Positions 1 through 11,200 of a DNA stretch of 64,000 nucleotides are shown here, piece by piece. This stretch comes from Camelus dromedarius (lineage: Eukaryota). Position 1 is the first letter of the stretch. The number at the start of each line of letters is the position of its first letter. The notes beneath the pieces were generated by a model, which was not told the DNA's origin, made no database searches, and saw only the letters and a list, made by a program, of their open reading frames with translations. Position numbers and translations under genes: made by a program. The DNA lies in assembly GCF_036321535.1 (NCBI RefSeq), contig NC_087450.1, positions 53,940,001 to 54,004,000 on the forward strand. Direction: 5' to 3'.

Positions 1-1369
1 CCCAAAAAATAAGCAAAAAAAAGTAAGAAGTAACTACCAACTACGTTCATTTATTAATTTTATTCTTATTTGGCCATTCATTTAAAAAAACACCAGAAAA
101 CACCAGGAAATGATGTTAGCAGTGAATCTTACAATTCTACAACTGATTAAAAAATGGCTTCATGATTGCCTACCATTACCTTAAGCGACCTAGATAATAA
201 AAATGACCAAACCAAACAAAAAGCCTTCTAGTCTGTGGACATCCATTACCTTAGCATAGACCCTAAGCACTCTAAAGTCATTACGTTTCCTGAATCAGGT
301 AACACGAGATGCCAGACTGGCTACTTAGAATCACCTGGCAGAGCTGCCATTCTTCCCTGAAAAAGAAACAAAAGAGTTCCAATTCCTATTTCCTGGAAAA
401 TCTGATTTAGTATATCCAGCGGAGGAACCAAAACATCTGTATTTTTAATTGAGGCCCCTGAGTTCCTAGGTTTGCTAACTATGCTCCTAAATCTATCATT
501 TCTTCTACAAAACTTTACTCTTATTCACCTTCCTAATCATATATATTTTTATCCCTATGAATTTAGCAGAAGAAAAATGTACATGCACATAACAATCTGT
601 GCTTGTGCGCAAAGTGTAGGGCTGAGGAATGTTAACAGACCAGCCCGTGCCCTAAGGAGGGTAAGGCTGAGCTGGGACGAGGAGAGCCCACTGTTTCAGA
701 CGAGAAGCACCAGCGCATGGCCGAGTGGAGGGACCGAGGGGAGGCATACACAGTGGTACCCGAGGAGGGAGAAAGGACTGAGCCGGTACAGACACGTCAG
801 CTTCCCAGAAAGACCAGGACTTGAGCTGGGTCTTCAAAAAAGGAAAAGGCTCATTTGTACTAAATACCAAAATGCGTAACACGCAGTTTCACCATCTTAA
901 CAAATAAACTGACTTTATTATCCATCTTCTTTTCCCGCCTTTGTTCAGATGCATGTTAACCTTTACACACAATTACAGCGTGAAAATCAATTCATATTAG
1001 CATTTTACATTCTTCTAAGAACACTTTCAGGAGAGTTCTGAGCCTCACACGGGGCAGACACTCTGGTTATTCCTCTCACGGTGACTCCCTGTCGTGCCCT
1101 CGGGGCATCTTATCCCACTACTTTCGATGTTTCCATCCCCTCCACGCCACCTCACACTCCCACACGTAATTCTATGAAGGCAGAGACTAATTCTCACTGT
1201 CATTCCCTGATCCTTAGCCTAAGTCTTCTCACGTGGTAGGTACTCAAATAGTTACTGAAAGAGTGAAATGCATCAATCCTCAAAACAAAATTAGGAATTA
1301 TTTTACCCAGAAAGCTTTACTAAGTATAAGCTTATCCCTGAATGAGTTGAATTTACAGGATGGATGTAT

Positions 1370-1520
1370 ATTAAAAAGATGGGCTGTGTGACATCAATAA
1401 TTCAAAGTTTCTGAAGTTAGATCGTGGTTATGGTTGCACAACCTTGTGACCATACTAAAAACCACTGTATTGTACCTTTTAAACAGTGAATTTTACGGTG
1501 TGTGACTTATATTTTATTAA
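1370..1520 (+). mobile_element. Old L1 3' terminus
   Basis: gatcgtggttatggttgcacaaccttgtga...aaaaaccactgtattgtac...gtgaattttacggtgtgtgacttata. Confidence 0.7.
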
Positions 1521-2131
1521 GAACCAAGCAAAATTAATAAAAATCAACTAGCAAATCAACTGAGAGTAGTTTACTTACATGGCATGGCCCCCCTCAAGTT
1601 ACAAGGGATTCCTACTGAGCAAGCAGTTCCACAAGATGACAAGACTTAAGGTCTCCCCCCAGGGACAGAAAGAGCCCTCGAACTACGGAACTACGGTGAC
1701 CAGTCCGAATGCCCAAAGGGGAGAAGGTCACCACTGCGAGGCAGGCTAGAATTCACCTCGCCAAGTCAGTTTACCAACATGCTAGAAACAGAGCAATGTG
1801 CTTTCTATGCAAATCAAGTGATGAAAGAAATGGCCGCTTTAAAGAATTAATTTTCACTCCGATATCGTTTCGCAAACCAGGACTCTTCAAGTAAGAGGCA
1901 CAGGAAAAATCTCAACTTACTTTTTTAAAGTCAAACTTACCTCTATCTTAAATAGAAGTTTTATACAGAAACTATTCGTTACTATAAATCAATGTTCAAT
2001 ATATTTACACACTCATGCACTGCATATGGACACACACTGAATCTCTTCCTCAGTTTTTTCTACTTTACTCTTCTTCCGAAACTCCTCAGACCTTAAGACA
2101 TTAGGCGTTTAAGCACAAAAGGAAGCTTTAC

Positions 2132-2270
2132 CTTAATTTAGGGTTATCGATATATTTCTTAAACTGCTTGACGTTATTCAAAGTTTGTTCAGCTAACTCT
2201 CGGGAAGGTTCGACAATGAGAGCTTTCGGAGCATTGGGGAGAAACTTGGTTTGTGCCACCTGCGCGTTAC
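2132..2270 (-). CDS. DDX1: DDX1 exon 13 ([46 protein letters not shown], 139 nt)
   Basis: cttaag|GT AAC GCG...TTA AG|gtaaag; motif Ia PSRELAEQ. Confidence 0.96.
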
Positions 2271-5200
2271 CTTAAGAGAATAATAAAGATTAGAAGACAC
2301 TCAGATCACAGCTTAGAATACCTTTATTTGTAAAACATGAGTGCAAATATTCCAACATCAAAATTTTAAATAACAATTACCAAAGGGTATCGGAGATAGT
2401 CAAACAAAATTAAGACTCCTAAAATGAACTAAGACTTCTTTAAACCTACTGGCCGTAACTGAAATTGATTATATGCTTTGTGATAAATTAAATGAGCTAT
2501 GAAATGAACTTATTTTTAAACAACTGGAACAGATTAGGCAGTACTACAGGTGAGAGTAGGTACGCACTCTAGAGTCAGGCTGTTTGCGTCTGAATTCAGT
2601 TCTGCCACTCACTTGTCTGTGAGTTACTTCATGTCCCTATTCCTCAAGTTCTCCGTCTGCAAAACAACCTTACAGGACTGCTGTGAAGATTAAATAATGC
2701 AGGTGACACAGTATCACCGCACTTACTGAGCACACAATTTATAAATACTGAGGCACCATCATCATCATGACTGGGTTCCCCAAAATGCCTAAACTGAAAC
2801 TAAATACTTGGAGTCTATGAATTAGGCTTGGAAACTGACATTTACTGACGTGTTCAATAAAGATGCTGACTAAGCCAGCAAAGGGAGTATATGTAACTCA
2901 CTACAAGAAGCCCTGTCACTGGAGTTTGCGCCAATACCCCATTCCTGAACTCCATACCCCCTCAGGTGCAATACCTGTGTGCTGTGATTTGACCACGTAA
3001 CTATCCAGTGCCTTGGCAAGGGCAACGAAACCATCTTTGGGCGGAAACTTAAATTCTTCTTCCCCGAAGTTAAATTTTAGTTCAGCATTCTAGCATTGAA
3101 TAAAGGAGAAAATGGAAATTCTTAACCTAAAAGCAAACTAACCAATACGAATTAATGCAGATCAAAGAAGTTTATGAGTACAGCAAATTTTTCTAATTAC
3201 CTTCAAAACACAGGCAGGAAACAGGGCTTGGTTCTTCAAATGTGGTGGTATTTCAAATGCTAGACCGAGGTCTTTTCCTTAAAAAAAAAAAAAAAGAGAG
3301 AGATTGAAACTACCAGAAAAGAACTTCCACACACTCGAACCATCAGATCTACCAACCTACCCCCTATAAGGCCCTACATGGCCTGGCCTCACCACCTCCC
3401 CCCATGCTCAGTGTGCTCCAGACCCCCTGGCCGCCTCACTGTTCAAATACCCCAAGCACGCTTTCATCTCAGGACCTTTGCAATTACTGGCCCCTCTGCC
3501 TGAAAGGCTCTTCCAAGATATCCACATGGCTCACCACCCAACTCATTCATATTTCTACTCACATGTCACCATATCAAAAAAGCCTTCTCTGACCACCACA
3601 GACGGCCATCACTCTCCACTTCCTGACCCCGATTTAGACGCTCCCTCGGCGCAGCTGTTCCCACCTAACGAATCATATATTTGTCTTTCCCCACCAGTAG
3701 GTAAGCCCACAAAAGTACACGTATTTGTCTACTTCACTTTCTGCTCTATCTCCAGCACCTACCAGCATGCCTAACACACAGCAAATGCTCAAGAAGTATT
3801 TGTTCAAAAGAAAGGCAGGGAGGGGAAAAAAATTGAAGAGGGTGAGGGAATTTAAAAAATCACAAATGCTGGACATGTAACAAGATGATCCATAGAAAGC
3901 TTACCGTTTTTGGAGAATTTGATATGCCCTTTATCTACATCTAGGTAACATCCAATGGTATCATGCATAGTGAATTCCTAGAAAACCAGAAAGTCAAGTG
4001 CTGTTAATAAAAAGCAAAATTGCAAATAAGGTTAAACGTTCAAATACAGCTGCATCCAAAGTATGTGTCGTGTTAATGTCTCAAAACAATTCCTTAAAAT
4101 TCTAATGTAGACGTTAAAATGCCTATTACAGCACGTCACATGTGACAGCAGGAGCACCGAACAGACTTCTCAGAATCAGCATGCTATCCAGGCCCTCCCA
4201 CACTGCTGCAGACTCAGGTGACCAGAGCAAGTGTATTTAGATTCACCACAATTCAAAGTAAGAAATGAGAACAGCCTGAGTATTAAAGTCAAAATCGTAA
4301 TGGGGTGAAAACAGAAGACAATGTAATATACTCCGCAGAGGCTCATAAATGGGGTAAAAGAAAAATACTTATCTCATTTGGTAACATTTCTTCACTTTAG
4401 TCCAAATCTGAACTTCCTGTGGAAAATTCACTTGAAATGGAGAATCATTTCTACACCCTCAGTCATGTCATGAGTGATAAGTGAACATGCGCAAAAACTT
4501 ACTAGGGCTACAAGTAAGTCATTAACACAACTCACCTCTCCGTAATTATCAAATTGTTTATTGTGAGATTTCTTTCCTGTTCCGCCAAAGCCAAATCCAA
4601 ACTTGTCAGTACCTAAATTGTAAAAGTATCTTACATATGTGGCAAGAATAAATATAAAGTTAAAAGCACGATAAAAGAAGTTTACAAACTGAAGATAACC
4701 TGAAGCATCTATGCAGCATTGCGCAGTATTTATGAACACTAACTCTGCTGGCCTCATTCATATTCTTAACCTCATTCCTCCTGATTTTATAATGCTGTAG
4801 TAACTACTTTTTGGTAGTTCAAATATTCTTTGGAACAGGGAGAATTATAAGTAAATTATTTCCACAGCTCTAAAATATAAACTTTGGTTAAGTTTATTAT
4901 TTTGCTCCTCACTAAAGTAAAATGTTGAAAATCCACAAACATAAATTGGTAAATTCAGTTTAGAAACACTTACCTAGGTCTAAGGAAGCCTGCATAGAAG
5001 ACCACCCGACTCTGCATAATCCCTGGTCATGACAGGACACTTCATAGTAGTGTTTCCCTATGAGGGCAAAATATTTTTATATATTATACACATATGATTC
5101 ATTTACTACAGAGCCAGTTTTCCACTGTTTCTGAATTACAATTTGTATGCTTCAAATGAAGAACTGTAGATCTTTTTGTAACATTAAAAATCTGTTCAGA

Positions 5201-8200
5201 TCCTCGATTTAAAGCTATTTACAGTTCCTGTATTAACAGACAACTTTGGAAATGTACACAAGTATCAATCCTGTTTAAATACCTTTCGTTAATCCTTTAG
5301 TAGCTCTACATCCGTGCCATTCTTTTACTTCTCTGCTTTGACAACAAAGACCATCAGACCCAATTGCTGGATTTGAGGAAAAACACAGAAAACCGTATCA
5401 GTACAGATTATGTAAATCACGCATTCTGAAAGAAGTATCGTTCAGCCTCACTAATGAGATCATTCCTTCACCTGCTACAGTGTTCCAGCGACCGAGACGT
5501 GCTGATTCCCGAAGGCCAGCCGTCCTGTCCCCTGAGTACCTGCTCCTGCTCAGCCCCTGCAGGGCCGTGGCTTACGTCGGGGACTAGTTTCTATACTGTT
5601 ATCTGTTAACGAGGACAGGATTTTATCACGAGTCTAAAAAGGAATCCGCACGGCACCTTATCTGATCTGCACTAATGTTAGCTGTATCAGCAACACAGGT
5701 TGAGACGACCATTCTCTAGAGTCCTTTAAAGAAATGGGTACAAAGAAAACGGGTACAAGAAAGAAAGAAAGATGCAGCCTCCACTCATTTATACTAGCTG
5801 CTCTGATTTTACGCTTAAATTAGAGCTTGAGTAAATCCTAAACTAGCAGGAAAACAGAAACCACCTCTGGCTTGTTCTCCAACCCGTGGATCCAAAAACC
5901 ACAAAGAGAAAGCAGGGAAAGTCTGAATAAACTTGCAGCTGTTATCCGCTAACATTAGGACTCTAAAAGATGACATTCTATATTATACATCAGCCAGTCA
6001 CAGAGCTTCTTGGTGCTTTTTGGCTTTAAGTAAAGCATTTGGCTTTTGTCTACACTGGAAACTGTAACTTCCTTCCTGGTTGGGGCTTCCAATCATTTTC
6101 AGCACCTGAACGCAGAAGAAATTTTTTTAAAAAGCACCTCATCACACATTTTCCTTCACTAATCAGAAATTATTCAAAGTATAAATCCTTACTCATATGG
6201 GCACATTATATAAAACTTCGAATTTTTTAAAAAGTTCTGACAATGGCAAATCCTTAATACTCTTGTATTTAAAAATCTTTATGTATATATGCATACATAA
6301 ACCTTTATATAAATTAGATACCACATGGTGGAGAGTAGTATGGGGTGGGTGGGCGGTTTGTTTTGGGCTTGATTCGTCACGCGTACTCTAACTTTCTCTG
6401 CATCCTGCTTGTCCTCTCATTGACACCTGGTGTCAATTCCTCCAAGTCAACACTATAGCTCTGACTTATTCTTCACAATGGTTATACAATAGTCCTTGGA
6501 TGCACTCTAATCTTTGTTTACCTTCTAGCAGTAGCATTTACTTGTTGGCAATTTTTAACGTTACAAATAACGCTGCATCGAATAGCTTTGTATATATATC
6601 TTTGCACAGTGGCACTTCCATTCCAATGAGCTTGACCTTCCAGGAATACATATATTTTAAATTTTAATAGGTAACGCCACACTGCTTTCTGGAGAAGCAT
6701 TAATTCGTAAGTCGGTTATCACTCTTTTGGATTCTTGCCGATCAGATGACTATAAAACAATGTTCCATTTCCCGACTACCTGTAAACTTGACCTTTGCAC
6801 GTTTATTGCCACTTGGGTTTGCTCTTCTGTGAATTGCCTGTTTGTATCCTTTGCCCATTTTCCTTATTGGTGGTTTAGCTCTTTCTTACTAAAACAGGTA
6901 ACACTTTACCTGCTATCAACACAAGAGCCCTTTTCCAATTTACAAGGATTCTTTATTTTTCATCAACATTGAAAATATTCTTCCTATTTTTTTTGTCTAC
7001 TGACTTTCTTCTGTGATATCTTTTCCATACATATATTTTTAAATTTTATACAAATGTACCTATTCTTCTACACTTTCTGAATTTTCTATTTGGTTTAGGA
7101 AAATTCCCCCACCCTAAAGTGGACATGTAGTTTTGTGTATTTAAAGTTCATATATATATATATATATGTATGTATATATACACACACATACACACACACA
7201 TATACACATATACACAGATATATATATTTATAAGTCTTAAATACATACAGAATTTGTTTCTAATTATAAGTCAATTTTTACATTGCTCCAGATGGATCAA
7301 TTGTGCCAATACCCTTACTGAATAAATCATCCTTTTCCCCCACTGAAATAAAGTACTTTTATCTACATATTAGTTTCTCATATACACTGGGATTTATTTC
7401 CATTCCATTCCACTTATTTGTCTGTTCTATGTCAATACTAAACTATTTAACTGTAGAAACCATATTCTAATATATGGTAAGTTAAATCTTCATTTATTAT
7501 TCTTTTTCATAATTTTCTTGATATTTTTGGGTATTACTAAAAACAAGCTTTTGGATTACAGATGAGCTGCTAAAATCTATCCACTTACCGAAAGCAGATC
7601 CTCTATCATATGGGTTCATTTGCCATTTGTTGAGCACTAAGCAAGTTAAAATAAGAAAAGTTACCCACAAATGTAATTTAAAAACCACCACCATAAAAAT
7701 TAAAACAAATATTTTATATAATATCTTAATTCCTCTTGATTCAATGTTTTTACACATTATTTAACTTAACATTGCAGCTGTTTTTACTAAAGGCAAAACT
7801 GAAATTGAAAACTGAATGATGTCAAAAATAATAATCACTGGCGCATCTAGGGTTAAAACCTTTTCTCCTCACTTGTTTCACTGACTTTGTTAGATGGCGC
7901 TGATCTCTGGCATAACCCTGAGGCCACTAATAAAATGAAGTTTTGGTAACTAAACGAGCTGACTTCAATCATAATGGAAATAATTGACCAACATTTCAGG
8001 ATCTAATTATCATTTTATCATTATTAAAAGTCCTTTATCTTAAATAATTCAACATTACACCAAAAAATTACAATGTTTTTCCCTTCTTTTATGGAATCAG
8101 TGTTTTCCTTTTCTAAATCATTTCAGTAGTCTGGGTAATCAAAGAATCACGACTGCTAAAGTGAATTCTGCATGTTTTCAAGCCCAAGTTTCACCCAAGC

Positions 8201-11200
8201 TAGAAATCTTTTCTAGACTTTTTCTGGTCAAACGGCACCTAGCATCTGCTTGAACACTTTGAATGATGGAGAAGCAACTTTCTCTTGAGGTTCTCTCTTC
8301 CATTGTGGGCTCAATCTAGCTACTAGGAATTAAGTTCAACAGAAATCTTCAACTAGACTATTTTTAATTAGTCCTGGTCTACTTCCTGGAACAATGATTC
8401 TCTCTCCAGACCCCTTCAATGATTTAACAATTATGCCATCTCCTTTTATACTTGTTTCTTCATGTTTAAAGACCTAGCTTCTTTACTCCTCATAGGACAT
8501 GATGCTTGGAACCACAACCATTCTGGTTATCCTTCTGTGGAAGCATCCTCTTTCATCACCATCTCTCATAAATGATGGCTTATAGTTGTTACAAGTTCTG
8601 AAACTATTTCAAAATAGGCTAATAGTCTAGTTTATATCCACTATCTCACAATCCATTTACAAATGAGTTCATTCTATAAACTGTGTAACTGTTACTTTCA
8701 AACTACTGAGAAGAATGCCAAGTTCACTCCACTTAAGCTTGTAATTTTGTCACAATCCTGTTTAGTGACTTAAAATATGGAATAAGTTTTGTTAAAATAT
8801 AAGAAAACCATAGATTACTCAAGATAGAATGGAATTCAGAAACCATTTTTAAAAAGCAACATAATTTAAAGATGAGAAAATTGATGTAAGATTGTTCATG
8901 TCACAGACAGGACCTCAAACTCCATATAGACAGGACGGAAATAAGAAACTGACTTTAAAATATACACTTTAACTTCCTGGCTTCTTCTTTCTTATCTTAA
9001 AGGAAAAAGCATGCCTCTTTTCCCGTGGAAGGCAGTATTTTTCACCATCATGAGTTTTTATTCCATCAATTATTTGTAAAATCCTTCCATAATACCTTGT
9101 AAAACAATGTACCAATCTACCTTTAATATTCTGCATAAAAGGTTATCAGGCTAAGAAAAATATTAAAATAACTAAATACAATTTCCAAGTGCCAGTGTCT
9201 CCCCAGAGATGGCAATATTAGTATTTTAGGAGGAACAACCTCTCGGTGTTTACGCTCTAAATGACGTTTAGCATCCCTGGTTTCCAGGGCAGCAAATGCC
9301 AATACCACCCTCCAGATACTGACAATAAAAACACGCACTCAAATTTCACATCTGGAAATGCCAGGAATGAGAGTTACTAATTTATACAAAAGGAAATTAT
9401 TAATATGCAAAAATTACCTGAAGCACCAGTTTTAATTGTCGTTTTTCCTTTTTTGCCTTCCTGCTGGTCTTTCAGAGTTTCGTAAACTATCTGGATAACT
9501 GGAATACTGAAAGCCTAGCAAAGAATCAATAGGTCTCCACGTTAGTATTCAGATATTAATGACAGCTTAATAATCAATATAAATTACAGAAATTATGCAT
9601 GCACCATAATTATACATATTCCTGACTGCTGCTCCAACTTGCCCAAACCCAAAATACCAGTAAGATAACACGAGTTGACTGAATAAGGGAGTAAGAGCCA
9701 GCTGACAGCACAAAACAGTAACAATAGGGACCGACAGAATGAACCCAAGCTGCAAGGGATAAATATTCAGTCTGACAAACTGTTTCTCTACGTCAGGAGA
9801 TCGGGCGATCAACCTCTATTGGCAACTGCTTTATTATTCGAGCCACCACGTTAAAATTCAGAAGTGAGTATAAATACTAAAAGACCCTTTCTCCAAGGGT
9901 AACCTTCTCTAAGACCAATTTAAAACCATATTTTTAAAGCCATCCCCTGGTAGATCTCATTTCAGAATTAGCTGGCAAAAAAAATCACTCACCGTGGCAA
10001 GCAATCAATTTCTTACATTTTGGAAGGAAGTTATTTTATTAACTATTTTAAAGTATCACTGTTCAAACAAGTAAAAATCAACTCTTGCAAAGTAAGTCAA
10101 TTTAAGTTTATTACTTACACCAGTTTTTCCGCTTCCTGTTTCTGCAGCCTAAATGAAAAAACAAAATTTTTGTCAGTTAAAGTCAAATTAACATGATACC
10201 ATGTAGAAATCTTTAGCAGTTCACTAGCTCGCTTTATTTTCACAATGCCTCCAATTATTCAGATGTCCCCAGTCAACTACTGCCAATCCTGCCACTTCTC
10301 TTCCATTCCCTCAAGAATCTGTCCTCCCTTTTCTTTGCCCATTGCTACAATTCCAAGCTAACCCCTCACCATTCTAACCTAGATTATGACAAAAGTACCC
10401 TAACAGTGACTCATCTCTCAGAGCCACACTACACGCTGTTACCAAATCAGCCTTCATTAAACACAATTCTAACCATGTATCACATCCTTAAACATTTCTG
10501 ATGATTCCCTGCTCCCAACACCCAAATTCTTCACCGTTGACACTTGAGAAAGGGCTCAAATAATCTTACCTACTGTATACCTCCCATCTTATTCCAAGTT
10601 ACACCCCCAATCCAGACACACGTTTTATGCTGCCATCTTACTGAACTGCTCTGGGACCATATCCTGCACTCTCCTACTCACTGTTTTTATTGACATGCTG
10701 TCTACTTAGAGAGCACTTTTCCTTTATCTTCCCTTGTCCAAAATCTACTTCCTCCAAGCAGAGCCCCTTATGATTCCTCAAGCAGAAAGGTAGCTGGACC
10801 CCTCACTGGAATCTTGTCATACTTTGCATTTCTTAGGCAGGTGCCACCTTCTGCCCATATGACATTTATCTGTGTACATGTCTACTGCGCTACTGGGTTT
10901 AGCTTCTGCAGGGCGGAGACTGCACCTTACTCACCTTCCTGTTCCCACAACTTCTACCTAATTACTTTGTATGTAGCATATGTTTCCTAAACGTTTGTGA
11001 ATAAATAAAACCCATTTGGTGAAAATACCATTTTTAAGCCGATGGAGCTCTTAAAGTGGGTTACAACAGCCCCAGAACTGTGTTTTCCCAGCTTCCAACC
11101 ACCTCACCACATTTAAACGTACCATCAGTACATCACCTCCTCCTAGGATCAAGGGGATAGATTCAGCCTGGATATCAGTTGGGAGACTAAAAGAATCACA

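Noticed and set aside
472-879. 135-aa ORF antisense to DDX1 intron 13
   Set aside because: No recognisable domain or splice support; the purine-rich part resembles an L2 remnant
1-2131. DDX1 exon 14 (ELLIIGGVAARDQ...)
   Set aside because: I found no such peptide; the acceptor-like ctag at ~190 leads to stops in all three frames, so the exon lies outside the window
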